Shown here: positions 1-10,675 of the stretch, one piece after another
Layout: the number at the start of each line of letters is the position of its first letter
Numbering within the stretch: position 1 is the first letter of the stretch
Virus record (IMG/VR): IMGVR_UViG_3300024297_000001
Source: a virus
Lineage: Duplodnaviria > Caudoviricetes
Direction: 5' to 3' (one strand)
Length of the DNA stretch: 64,000 nt
The notes under the pieces: generated by a model
What the model saw: only the letters and a program-made list of their open reading frames with translations
Told to the model about the DNA's origin: nothing
The model's database searches: none
Translations under genes and position numbers: made by a program

Positions 1-1
1 A

Positions 2-3000
2 TTAAGAGGTAATTTTAGTTTCCCTGAAGAACTTACAGACCATGTATTGATCAGAGCACCTAAAACACAGTACTCCGGAACAGAAGTAGGCGACAAGTTA
101 CAGTTATTATGGAATGACATTAACACAAGATATCCAAGTGGTATAGCACCTTTCAATAATGACCCGTTAATGACTAAGGCATACTTCGACGGTGAACATG
201 CTATTGTACAAAAAATTGATGATATACTTTTAATTGATAATACAAAAGCAATTCCAAGTGTAGGAGAAACAATTAGTAGTGCAACAGCAGTGGCAGAAGT
301 TACTTATGTACATACTACAGGTGATAACAGAAGTTTAATTTATGTTAAAGATGCTAATGGATTGTTTGAAACAACAGGTACATTATTTGTTGGTGACATT
401 GAGATTGGTGTATTTGAAAGAGCAGTACAACAAGATGAGAATTACTTAGGTGGTTGGTGGCAAATTGCTGGACCAAATGCAAGTTTCACTTCAACAGTTA
501 CTATTGAAACTAAACCATATCTTGTTATTCAAGACATTATTAAAACAGGCGTATCACGTAGTATAAAATATTATGAAAATGCACTAAGAATCCAGGATAA
601 TTTAACAGACCAGAATCCTACAATAACAAGTTACATTGAAACTTTATCATTCTTAGGTGATAGTGGTAACGTACTTTCAGACAAATGGGTATTTAGAGCA
701 CCAGCAACTTTAACAAGTAATCTTGTAGTAGGAAATACATTTAATTTTTACTTTAGTGAATATGCAACTGCTGATAATTTAATTCAAGATCCAGGTGTAA
801 TAAGTCCTGAACTAACACACGACTATCTAAACAGAACAGAACATACTATTAATGATATTTGGAACGGTTGGATTGAAGTAAATCTTACAGCATTTGATGA
901 TAGAGGTTCACCAACACCAAGTGATCCAGACTACAATCCTAATTATGGTCAACCTTTTATTCCTGTTGTTGGAGATACAGTACAAGATAACGACACACTT
1001 GCAACGGCAGAAGTTGCAGGAGTAGAAAAACTGTTTAATACTTTAAGACTATGGGTTAAAAATGTTAATGGTACTTGGAAGTTTGGTTCACAGAACAGCG
1101 ACATTTCAAGTTTAAGTATTAACGGTGGTTCACAAGGCGCAGGCGTTGTAAGACTTGTTGGTACAATTAACACAAGACATTTAGAATCAGATACAGCAGG
1201 CCCGATTATTGTTGTAGATAGAGGAACAAACTTAACAGTAGGTTCAACAAGAACATTACAAGGATTTGAATACTGGATTTATGACAGTGTAGAACAGTCA
1301 GGTATCGCAAGAGATGCAAATCCACCAAGTAATACTAATAATGATTGGCAAAGAGTTTACAATATTACTGCAAACAATGCCGGTGTTGCAAGTGCATTTA
1401 CAAGACAAGGTGCATACGCAATTTTCGAAAGAAATACAAGTAACTTCTACAACTTGCATAACATTTATATTATGCCTGATGCACAAAGCAGTAGACACTT
1501 AGGTGCAAAAGTTGAAATGGTTACACACAATGACGGAACTTATACTGCATACTTGTTAAGCAAAGGTAACGGAACGTTTAATCAACCAGGCAGAATCAAT
1601 GTTATAAAATATGACAGAATTAACGGTTGGATTTTAGGACAAGATGTAGATTACAAAGGCGACTTTAGTGAAACTGTAACATACAGACAAGGCGAATATG
1701 TAAAATACCTTGGATTAATTTATCAAGCACAAACAAATATTATTGCAAGTGCATGGAACGAATCAAATTGGACAGTAGTTACAGAAGGTCTTGATCTAAA
1801 TGGTTACTTGCCAAACGATACAGGATTTATTATTGGTGATGATAGTGCAATTCAAAACAACAACTTATATGAGTTTGGTACAGAATACGGAATTAGCAGT
1901 GATGGAGAAGTATTAGCAACTATTGTTAAGTATGGTGATGCTATAGATAGTTCCATTAATACACCGAAGTTAGCAATTTACAGAAAAGTATTAGGACACT
2001 TCCTGTTTAGTCAAGTAATTGATGCTTATGCGGCAGACATTGGCTTTGGAAGTTCTGTAACAGTTTCCAATGATGGTAGATTTGTTGCAGTAGGTGCTCC
2101 TAAATATAGCAATCAATATGTAAATCAAGGTACAGTATTCATTTACGAAAGCATTAACGGCACATTCGAAATGGTACAACACCTAACTGGACCTAAAGGA
2201 ATTGCAAATGAGAAGTTTGGTACTGTTGTTAAGTACGGAACTGATAGACTTGCAGTACATTCAGCAGGTGGTGACCTTACAAGTATTACAGAATTTGATG
2301 GAGGCATAACAGCATTTGATAATGGAACTACATTATTCAATACATCATTAATTGATACTGGTGAAGTTTTTGTTTACGAACTGTTAGGTAACAGATATGT
2401 GTATGCAGACAAGTTAGAATTTGCAGATAGCAAAGCATTATACTTTGGTAAGACAATGTTTATTAATGGTAACCACATTTATGTTGGTATACCTTCTTAC
2501 AAGAGAGATGATAACAACAGTAGAGGAACTTTATTAGATTATAGATCAACTCCTAATACTAAATTATGGGAAAAAATTAGATCTGCAAGACCATTAGTTG
2601 ACCTAAGTAGATTCAAAGGTATTAGTTTATACAATAAAAATACAAATCAAGTTACAGAATATATTGACTACATTGATCCTGCACAAGGAAAAATTGCAGG
2701 AACGGCTGAAACTGAACTATCATTCAAAACAACTTATGATCCGTGTACATATAATATAGCAACTGATACAACAGTTGTAAAAGATGAAACAATGTTTAAC
2801 ACAACTGACAATGTTGGTAAGTTATGGTGGGATATTGACGCTGTAAGATTTTTAAATCCATACAGCAATACAGGAAACATCTTTACTACAAGTAACACAA
2901 TGAACGAAGTGTTCCCAGGAACAGAAGTTGAAGTTTATGAATGGGTTGAAAGCACATTACTTCCAAGTGAGTGGGACGAAGAAGCAGATACAGAAACTGC

Positions 3001-6000
3001 TTTGGCACAAGGTATTAGTGGTAAATCTAAATACGGTGACAATGCATACAGTACAAGACGTGTATATGATGAAGAAGCACAGAAGTTTACAACTTTCTAC
3101 TACTACTGGGTAAGAAATAAGAAAACTACTCCAGATGCACCAGGCAGAACTTTAAGTGCCGCAGACGTACAAGAATTAATTAGAGATCCATCAGGTGCAG
3201 GACTAAAATTTGCAACTATGCTTGATAAGAATGAGTGGACTTTACATAACTTACAAAGTTCTATCACAGGAGATGATACAGTTCTTAAGTTTGCGTATTG
3301 GAATATTAATGAAACTGATAAAAATGTACATAATCAATACAAAATTATTACAGACGGGTTAGCAACAAGTCTTCCTAAAACAGATTTAGAATTAAAATGG
3401 TTTGACAGTTTAATTGGCTTTGATAACCAAGGTAGACCTGTTCCAGATAGACAATTAACTGAAAGAGATAGGTATGGTATTTTAAATGATCCAAGACAAT
3501 CTATCTTTGTAAACAGAATTGAAGCATTAAAACAACTTGTTGAAAGAACAAACAGTGTTCTTAAGGAAAATATCTTAATTGATGACTTTGATCTAAGTGA
3601 TTTCCAAAGCAATGATGCTATTCCAACTTTAGCATCAAGAAGATTTGACACAGAGATTGATAGTGATAGCGAATTAAGTTTTGTACCAGTAGGTAGATTA
3701 AAACAAGCAACTATTAATTTAACTATTCAAGACGGTAAAATCCTAAGAGCAGATGTTATTGAACAGGGTTACGGTTATAAAACAGTACCAACAACACAAA
3801 TCACAACAAACACAGGTGAAGGTGCTGTTATTGAACTTACAATGAACAATGTAGGACAGATACAAACAGCAACAGTTGTTAAGAGTGGTAGTAACTATGC
3901 ACAAACAGATACAATCAGAGTTAGACCGTTTACAGTTCTTACAACAATAGATGCAAGTTACGCCAACAAGTGGTCATTATACGAATATGTAGGTGGCGAA
4001 CAAACTTGGAATAGAATTAAGAGTCAAAGATATGACGTAAAACCTTATTGGTCATATGTTGATTGGTATGCAACAGGTTACAATGAACTAACAAAAGCAG
4101 ACTTTGTAATTAATGAAACGTATGAGTTAGAATCATTAGAGGATTCATTCAACAGTATTGTTAAAATTAACAATGTAGGATCAGGCGGTTGGTTATTATT
4201 ACAAAAAATTGACGATCAAGCAGATGTAGACTATACAATAAATTACAGAACTATTGGTAGACAAAATGCAACAATACAATTATCAAAATCATTGTATGAT
4301 TACAGTGAAGACTTAATTGGTTATGACTCATATGGTTATGATGACAGTGCATTTGATATACAACCAATTGATGAAATGCGTATTATCTTAACAGCATTAA
4401 GAGATAAAATATTTGTTGACGAACTTGCTATTGAATATAACAAATTATTCTTTGCACAAATGCGTTATATTTTATCAGAACAAAAATTTGTAGACTGGAT
4501 GTTTAAAACTTCATTCATCAAAGCAAAACATAATCTTGGTAAACTAAGAAAAGACATTACATTTAATAATGACTTCTTAGAAAGTTATGAGGAGTATGTA
4601 AAAGAAGTCAAACCATACAAATCTAAAATTAGAGAATACCTAAGTACATACGAAGGTGATGAGAAATCAGAAAACATGGTTACTGACTTTGACTTACCAC
4701 CATTCTACAGCGACACAGCAGGAAGAATTGTACCACAAACAGTTAGAGTTGTTAATGATGAAATAGTAACATCATCTAACATTACAAGTTATCCAAGCAA
4801 ACATTGGGTAGACAATGCAAGTTTCCAAATTAAACAGGTTGATGTTTTTGATGCAGGTAGTGGTTATGAAAATGCACCAGGAGTAGAATTTGTAGGCGGT
4901 GGCGGAACAGGAGCCAAGGCAACAGCGTATGTTGGCGGTGGAAAAATTACAGAGATTAAAATAGACAATCCAGGAACAGGTTATGTGTCTGCACCAACAG
5001 TAGTGCTTAACGGCGCAGTAGCAGATGGCGGCAAGACTGGTAGAGCAAGTGCAATCATAGGTAATACAAATTTAAGAACTACACACATGAATGTTAAGTT
5101 TGATAGAGTAACGGGAACGTTCTTTATTACAACACTTGCTGAAACAGAAACGTTTGTAGGTACAGGCGGCAAATATAACTTTAAGTTAAAATGGCCAATG
5201 GATATTAAGAGCGACCAAGTAACAATTACAGTTGCTGGATCAGAAGTATTACAAAGCGGATACACAGTTTCAAACATTGACGACAGTGTAGGTAGAACAC
5301 ATGGACGTAAAATAGGACAAGTTACATTTACAAATCCTCCTGCAAATAACAGTGCAATATCAGTTTCGTATAGAAAAGATATTTCAATGTTAACTGCACA
5401 GGATAGAATTAACTTATTCTACAATCCAACTACAGGAATGTTAGCAAATGACCTTGGACAATTATTAGACGGTATTGACTACGGTGGAGTTCAAGTTAAG
5501 AGTTTTGACTTTGGCGGTGGTTCAGGTTGGAGTGCAGAAGGTTGGTTTACAGGTGCATATGATTCATATGATAATACATACGAAGATGAAGTAATACGTT
5601 TAGACGGAAGTACAATTAGTGTAACACTTTCTAAGCCATTAGAAAATGGTGTTGAATATAATGTTTACTTGAATGGCACAAGAATTGATGATCCAAACTT
5701 CCCAGGTAGTCCAACTAATCCAAATGCAAGATGTACTACACTTACTGGTGACGGTACAACAACAACTATATTCCTTGATAATGATGGATTAGATATTAAT
5801 GGTGCTAATAGTCCAAGCAATGGCGATGTCTTAATATTTAGAAAAAATACAAGTGACGGTTCTTTTGTTCCTGATCCAAGAGCATATGACACATTAGTTA
5901 CAGGCGGCGACTTGGCATACTCAAGTGCAACAGGTATTAATCCAGAAGATATTAATATTGACGGTGACGGATTTGTAACACAATTAACAAGTAAAGGTCC

Positions 6001-7972
6001 GGAAGAACAAGTTCCAGGACAGGTACTTGATACTCTTGATATGAAAATTTATGATAGAGTAGGAAGTGGTGCAAGTATTATAGAAAGCACATCATACATT
6101 GGTGATGGTGGAAAAACAGTATTCAAGTACAACGGTCAACCGCAAAGCAAAGATGCATTAATTGTTAAGATTAATAATATCATTCAATTACAATCTGCAT
6201 ACACAGTTGATTACAAAAACAAAACTATTACAATGACTGCACCGGCATTGAACGCAAGAGTAAACATTATTACAATGAGTGGTAACGGTGATAAGATTCT
6301 TGACTTAGATACATTTACAGGTGACGGATCAACAATACAGTTTGTTACAAATGTTGACTGGAGAGAAGACATTAATAGTATTGTAACTGTTAACGGAGAG
6401 AAACCTTCTTACGTATTAGAAACTACAGACAGTTCATACGATACTGCCAACAAAGCAGTAATTACATTTGGTGCGGCACCGGCGGCTGGGGCAGTAATTA
6501 ACTTCGGAATATATGCAAGTGAGGCTCAAACATTTAGTGAAATTAAAACAGACAACTTGGTTGCAGATGGAAGTAGTGCATCATACGAATTAAGTGTAAC
6601 ACCATTCAGTAGTTTACCTGCAAGTCATAATATAATTGTTAGGGTTGGTGACAACATTCTAAACGCAGGTTACAATGAATCATTTATAATTGACAATAGA
6701 GTAGAATATCAATTACGTAACTGGCAACAACCAGGAGGTACATTAGGTGCTGATGATATTATTGTATTACTAAATGGTAATCAATTAACATATACTTCGG
6801 ACTTTATTTTCCGTCCAGCAAACTCAAGTATTGAAATATTTGAGAACGTTGCAATCCCAGGTGCTAAACTTGATATATTTGTAACAACAGATGGTGAATA
6901 TACTGTTAGCGGTAACGTTATAACATTAGATACTGTTCCAGCAATAGATACTAAGATTAAAGTTACACACTTTAGTAAACATGACGTACAACAGATTGAT
7001 CGTAAGAACTTTGATATTGTTACAAGAACTACTATTGACTTTGAAAGTGCGGCAGACATTGAGTACAATCACTTACTTGCAGGATTAATTAGACTTGAAA
7101 GACAAACAGTTGATGCTGAATATGTATGGATTGTTGTAAACGGCAAGTTACAAACACCAAGTGTTGATTACAAAGTTACAGATGATCAGTTATTTGTAAG
7201 AATGGCTAACCCATTAAATGCAAATGATGTTGTTGAGATTATACAGTTTGCTGAAACAGGACCAACAGTTAGCAAGTTTGGTTGGAGAGTATTCAAAGAT
7301 ATGCTCAATAGAACAGTATATAAACGTCTTGGAGATAACAATAAATATAGACTAATACAAGATCTTAAGCCGTTTGATAAAGAAATTAAAGTAGATAACC
7401 CAGATAGTATGTTTATTCCAGATAAAACTACCAATACTCCAGGTGTTATTTTCCTTAATGGTGAACGTATTGAGTATATGGTTAAGGACGGAAACAGTTT
7501 AACACAGTTACGTAGAGGTACTTTTGGTACTGGTGTTAAAGATTTACACGAAACAGGTGCTGAGATCTTCGATCAAGGCTTCCAACAAACTGTTCCATAC
7601 CAGGATCAGACACTGGTAAACACATATATTGGTGATGGAAGTACAACAGATTACTTGTTAGATTGGACACCAAACAAGGGTGTTGATGAGTTTGAAGTAT
7701 TTGCAGGCGGAAAACGTCTGAGAAAACGTAGTATTGCTATGTTTGACCCAACAGTTGGTCAAGATAGTCCAGAAGGTGATATTACAGCACAAGCAGAATT
7801 TAGTGTTTCTGGTAACACATTAACATTAAATACAGCACCAGCGGACGGTGTTAGGGTAACAGTAATCAGAAAAGTTGGAAAAACTTGGAATGATAAAGGA
7901 AAAACATTAGGAAAGACAAAAAATGCAATAGCACAGTTCTTAAGAGCTGAAGAGGTTGACTTACCTAAATAA
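2..7972 (+). CDS. Giant virion structural protein (baseplate/tail-associated), 5'-truncated by the window edge
   Basis: Frame is open from base 2 (LRGNFSFPEELTDHVLIRAP...), so the TTG at 47 is not the true start. Contains FG-GAP-like propeller repeats (GFGSSVTVSNDGRFVAVGAPKY...GTVFIYE), a GGGG-x-GA-x-A motif with 'I.I.NPG.GY..AP.V' repeats, and several 'GDG(S/G)T..F' beta modules. Lies upstream of the tail fibre genes. Confidence 0.75.
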   Translation, partial: LRGNFSFPEELTDHVLIRAPKTQYSGTEVGDKLQLLWNDINTRYPSGIAPFNNDPLMTKAYFDGEHAIVQKIDDILLIDNTKAIPSVGETISSATAVAEVTYVHTTGDNRSLIYVKDANGLFETTGTLFVGDIEIGVFERAVQQDENYLGGWWQIAGPNASFTSTVTIETKPYLVIQDIIKTGVSRSIKYYENALRIQDNLTDQNPTITSYIETLSFLGDSGNVLSDKWVFRAPATLTSNLVVGNTFNFYFSEYATADNLIQDPGVISPELTHDYLNRTEHTINDIWNGWIEVNLTAFDDRGSPTPSDPDYNPNYGQPFIPVVGDTVQDNDTLATAEVAGVEKLFNTLRLWVKNVNGTWKFGSQNSDISSLSINGGSQGAGVVRLVGTINTRHLESDTAGPIIVVDRGTNLTVGSTRTLQGFEYWIYDSVEQSGIARDANPPSNTNNDWQRVYNITANNAGVASAFTRQGAYAIFERNTSNFYNLHNIYIMPDAQSSRHLGAKVEMVTHNDGTYTAYLLSKGNGTFNQPGRINVIKYDRINGWILGQDVDYKGDFSETVTYRQGEYVKYLGLIYQAQTNIIASAWNESNWTVVTEGLDLNGYLPNDTGFIIGDDSAIQNNNLYEFGTEYGISSDGEVLATIVKYGDAIDSSINTPKLAIYRKVLGHFLFSQVIDAYAADIGFGSSVTVSNDGRFVAVGAPKYSNQYVNQGTVFIYESINGTFEMVQHLTGPKGIANEKFGTVVKYGTDRLAVHSAGGDLTSITEFDGGITAFDNGTTLFNTSLIDTGEVFVYELLGNRYVYADKLEFADSKALYFGKTMFINGNHIYVGIPSYKRDDNNSRGTLLDYRSTPNTKLWEKIRSARPLVDLSRFKGISLYNKNTNQVTEYIDYIDPAQGKIAGTAETELSFKTTYDPCTYNIATDTTVVKDETMFNTTDNVGKLWWDIDAVRFLNPYSNTGNIFTTSNTMNEVFPGTEVEVYEWVESTLLPSEWDEEADTETALAQGISGKSKYGDNAYSTRRVYDEEAQKFTTFYYYWVRNKKTTPDAPGRTLSAADVQELIRDPSGAGLKFATMLDKNEWTLHNLQSSITGDDTVLKFAYWNINETDKNVHNQYKIITDGLATSLPKTDLELKWFDSLIGFDNQGRPVPDRQLTERDRYGILNDPRQSIFVNRIEALKQLVERTNSVLKENILIDDFDLSDFQSNDAIPTLASRRFDTEIDSDSELSFVPVGRLKQATINLTIQDGKILRADVIEQGYGYKTVPTTQITTNTGEGAVIELTMNNVGQIQTATVVKSGSNYAQTDTIRVRPFTVLTTIDASYANKWSLYEYVGGEQTWNRIKSQRYDVKPYWSYVDWYATGYNELTKADFVINETYELESLEDSFNSIVKINNVGSGGWLLLQKIDDQADVDYTINYRTIGRQNATIQLSKSLYDYSEDLIGYDSYGYDDSAFDIQPIDEMRIILTALRDKIFVDELAIEYNKLFFAQMRYILSEQKFVDWMFKTSFIKAKHNLGKLRKDITFNNDFLESYEEYVKEVKPYKSKIREYLSTYEGDEKSENMVTDFDLPPFYSDTAGRIVPQTVRVVNDEIVTSSNITSYPSKHWVDNASFQIKQVDVFDAGSGYENAPGVEFVGGGGTGAKATAYVGGGKITEIKIDNPGTGYVSAPTVVLNGAVADGGKTGRASAIIGNTNLRTTHMNVKFDRVTGTFFITTLAETETFVGTGGKYNFKLKWPMDIKSDQVTITVAGSEVLQSGYTVSNIDDSVGRTHGRKIGQVTFTNPPANNSAISVSYRKDISMLTAQDRINLFYNPTTGMLANDLGQLLDGIDYGGVQVKSFDFGGGSGWSAEGWFTGAYDSYDNTYEDEVIRLDGSTISVTLSKPLENGVEYNVYLNGTRIDDPNFPGSPTNPNARCTTLTGDGTTTTIFLDNDGLDINGANSPSNGDVLIFRKNTSDGSFVPDPRAYDTLVTGGDLAYSSATGINPEDINIDGDGFVTQLTSKGPEEQVPGQVLDTLDMKIYDRVGSGASIIESTSYIGDGGKTVFKYNGQPQSKDALIVKINNIIQLQSAYTVDYKNKTITMTAPALNARVNIITMSGNGDKILDLDTFTGDGSTIQFVTNVDWREDINSIVTVNGEKPSYVLETTDSSYDTANKAVITFGAAPAAGAVINFGIYASEAQTFSEIKTDNLVADGSSASYELSVTPFSSLPASHNIIVRVGDNILNAGYNESFIIDNRVEYQLRNWQQPGGTLGADDIIVLLNGNQLTYTSDFIFRPANSSIEIFENVAIPGAKLDIFVTTDGEYTVSGNVITLDTVPAIDTKIKVTHFSKHDVQQIDRKNFDIVTRTTIDFESAADIEYNHLLAGLIRLERQTVDAEYVWIVVNGKLQTPSVDYKVTDDQLFVRMANPLNANDVVEIIQFAETGPTVSKFGWRVFKDMLNRTVYKRLGDNNKYRLIQDLKPFDKEIKVDNPDSMFIPDKTTNTPGVIFLNGERIEYMVKDGNSLTQLRRGTFGTGVKDLHETGAEIFDQGFQQTVPYQDQTLVNTYIGDGSTTDYLLDWTPNKGVDEFEVFAGGKRLRKRSIAMFDPTVGQDSPEGDITAQAEFSVSGNTLTLNTAPADGVRVTVIRKVGKTWNDKGKTLGKTKNAIAQFLRAEEVDLPK

Positions 7973-7975
7973 ATA
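7966..7975 (+). promoter_or_regulatory. T4-late-type box (TAAATAAATA) overlapping the stop codon
   Basis: TAAATA twice at 7966-7975, followed by an SD-like AGGAAA and ATG at 7994. Confidence 0.55.
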
Positions 7976-7993
7976 CAAATGTAGGAAACATAA

Positions 7994-8608
7994 ATGACAG
8001 ATAACATATTAGACAAAAACGGAGTGTTAGTGCAAGGTCACATTAAGATCTTTAACCCCGAAACGGACGAAATTTTCATTGATAAACGCAATGCAATTCA
8101 CTATGAGAATATGAGTATTGCTTTGGCAGAATCCCTTGCAAACGCAGGACAGGGATTTGTGTACGAAATGGCGTTTGGAAATGGTGGTACAAGTGTTGAT
8201 CCTACAGGCATTATTACATACCTAACTCCAAATAGCACAGGTACAAACGCAAGTTTATACAACCAAACATATAAGAAGATTGTTGATGATCAAAGCGTAA
8301 ACAACGTTGATCCAAACAGAAACAAAATTGAAACAAGGCACGTTACTGGTACTAACTACACAGACATTATTGTACAGTGTTTGTTAGACTACGGTGAGCC
8401 AAGTGGACAAGAAGCAAATGACACAGCAACAGATACTGAAAACCAGTATGTGTTTGACGAATTAGGATTATTAAGTTACAGTCCAACAGGACAAGGTAGA
8501 TTATTAACTCACGTTGTATTCCACCCTGTACAAAAATCATTGAATAGATTAATTCAAATTGATTATACTGTTAGAGTACAAAGTTTAACTGGTTACAACG
8601 AGGGATAA
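7994..8608 (+). CDS. Baseplate/tail-fibre attachment-type structural protein
   Basis: Position between the giant structural gene and the fibres; motifs AFGNGG, FDELGL, LLTHVVF..VQKS.NRLIQIDYTVRVQ resemble phage baseplate/fibre-anchor proteins. Confidence 0.55.
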   Translation: MTDNILDKNGVLVQGHIKIFNPETDEIFIDKRNAIHYENMSIALAESLANAGQGFVYEMAFGNGGTSVDPTGIITYLTPNSTGTNASLYNQTYKKIVDDQSVNNVDPNRNKIETRHVTGTNYTDIIVQCLLDYGEPSGQEANDTATDTENQYVFDELGLLSYSPTGQGRLLTHVVFHPVQKSLNRLIQIDYTVRVQSLTGYNEG

Positions 8609-8611
8609 TAG

Positions 8612-10675
8612 ATGGCATATACTATTAACTATACCGACATTACTAATAAGGGTAGTATTGCTATCGAGGATAACACTACTGATACATCTACTTCATTACA
8701 GATTCCAGGTAGGTTTACAACAGATTACGGTGCGTTAATTGGTCAAAACTTTTTACAACTATTAGAAAACTTTAGTAATAGTTCAGCACCAGCAAGACCA
8801 GTTGAAGGTCAACTATGGTATGATACTTCCATAGGTATTAACATTCTTAAAATTTATGATGGTACTAACTGGATTGAAGCCGGCGGATTAAAACGTGGCG
8901 ACTCAGCACCAGACGTAGCAAATTCAGTTGCAGGTGACTTATGGACAGATACAGATAACCAACAGTTATATTTGTTTACAGGTTCAGGTTGGATCTTAGT
9001 AGGTCCAGAATTTAGTGATGGATTAGCGGCAGGTGTAAGACCAGCAACTATCACAGGTACTGACAATATTAATTACACAGCATTGAAAGTTGAGATTGGC
9101 GGTAAGGTTGTTGCAATTTATGCCACAAGTGCATTTACTCCAAAGGCAACCATTGCAGGCTTTTCAACAGTAAATCCAGGATTTAATTTAAGTTCAGCAG
9201 ATATTACAGGTGCAGGCGTAGGAAAATATTACGGTGTATCAGAGAAAGCAGAAAACTTAATTGTAGGTTCAACTACAGTAGCGGCATCAAACTTTTTAAG
9301 AGGTGATGTTGCAAGTATTTCAAATGCAAGTTTACAAATTAAAAATAACACAGGTGTTAGCATTGGTAGTGATGCTGTTGTTCAAATAGGTATTGAAGGA
9401 CAGAATGCTATTATTTCAAATAACACATCAGGTGCAAACATTGATTTAAGAGTTAACAATGCAGGAAACTTACAACCTGTATTAAGAATTGACTCAACAC
9501 AAAAAGTTGGTATTAACAACTTATCGCCAGCAGAAGCATTAGACGTAACAGGTAATGCTATTGTATCAAACAATCTTGTTATTAATGGTATTGCAGAAGC
9601 AGTTAACACTGGAACAGGTGCAATTACTACAACAGGTGGTATTGGTATTGCAAAGAGTGCGAGAATAGGAAACAGTTTAGAAGTAGGTGGTACAACTACA
9701 TTAGGTGATACAGTATTACCAGACACTTCAAACACAGTTAACATTGGTAGTTCAACATTAAAGTTTGCAGAAATTAATGCAAACACTGTAAAAGCAAACT
9801 TGGTAGGTAACGTAACTGGTACAGTTACAGGACGTTCAGGAAGTTCAGATAAACTTGCTTCAAGAACAACATTCCAAATTTCAGGTGATGTTACAGCACC
9901 GCCAGTTATTTTTGACGGACAATATAGTGCGCCAGGCGAAACTACACTTGTTAAAGAATTTGATATTAGTATCAACAGTACATTTATTACAAACAAAGAA
10001 TCAGTACCAACATCAAGATTTGATGACGAATTCCTTGTTAACAGAGTTAACGATGAAAACGGTAGTGGAACAGGTATTAAGAAACTTTCAAGAAGTAACT
10101 TGTTTAGTGCTTTACCAGTTAACCCAGTTGGACTTATTACACCATATGCAGGTAATGCCGCAACAGTGGCATTATTAAATGGTTGGTTGTTATGTGATGG
10201 TAGTGAAGTGTTTATTGTTGATTGGCCAGAACTTTATGATGTTATTGGTACATCATTCAAGGCTAATCCTGCATTAGGTAAATTTGCGTTACCAGACTTA
10301 CGTGGTAGATTCCCACTTGGTATGGATAACATGGGTACAACAGCAGGACCGGCAAACAGAGTTACAGATGAAAACGCTGATACGATTGGTGGAACAGCAG
10401 GTGTTGAGAAGAAACAAATTCAAGTTGACGAACTACCAGAACACGAACACGATATGCGTGGACCAAGTGGAACACAATATTACGCAACAAGAGATGTACA
10501 AGGTGCACCAGTAGATGCAGATGCTACAGTGGCAGACGCACCGCAAGGTACAGATGCAGGACAAAAGTTTCCATTCTCAGGTGGAGTGGTAAGCAACACA
10601 GCAGTTGGGCAAGACTTTAATGTAATGAACCCGTACTTGGCAATTAACTATCTAATTTATGCGGGGGCAAAATAA
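8612..10675 (+). CDS. Tail fibre protein with C-terminal tail-collar domain
   Basis: Shared N-terminal module (NF..LLENF...P..P..GQLWYD); collar motif PVGLITPYAG...GWLLCDG...F.LPDLRGRFPLG. Confidence 0.8.
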   Translation: MAYTINYTDITNKGSIAIEDNTTDTSTSLQIPGRFTTDYGALIGQNFLQLLENFSNSSAPARPVEGQLWYDTSIGINILKIYDGTNWIEAGGLKRGDSAPDVANSVAGDLWTDTDNQQLYLFTGSGWILVGPEFSDGLAAGVRPATITGTDNINYTALKVEIGGKVVAIYATSAFTPKATIAGFSTVNPGFNLSSADITGAGVGKYYGVSEKAENLIVGSTTVAASNFLRGDVASISNASLQIKNNTGVSIGSDAVVQIGIEGQNAIISNNTSGANIDLRVNNAGNLQPVLRIDSTQKVGINNLSPAEALDVTGNAIVSNNLVINGIAEAVNTGTGAITTTGGIGIAKSARIGNSLEVGGTTTLGDTVLPDTSNTVNIGSSTLKFAEINANTVKANLVGNVTGTVTGRSGSSDKLASRTTFQISGDVTAPPVIFDGQYSAPGETTLVKEFDISINSTFITNKESVPTSRFDDEFLVNRVNDENGSGTGIKKLSRSNLFSALPVNPVGLITPYAGNAATVALLNGWLLCDGSEVFIVDWPELYDVIGTSFKANPALGKFALPDLRGRFPLGMDNMGTTAGPANRVTDENADTIGGTAGVEKKQIQVDELPEHEHDMRGPSGTQYYATRDVQGAPVDADATVADAPQGTDAGQKFPFSGGVVSNTAVGQDFNVMNPYLAINYLIYAGAK

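Noticed and set aside
47-49. TTG start of the 2641-aa ORF
   Set aside because: The frame is open to base 2; the gene begins upstream of the window
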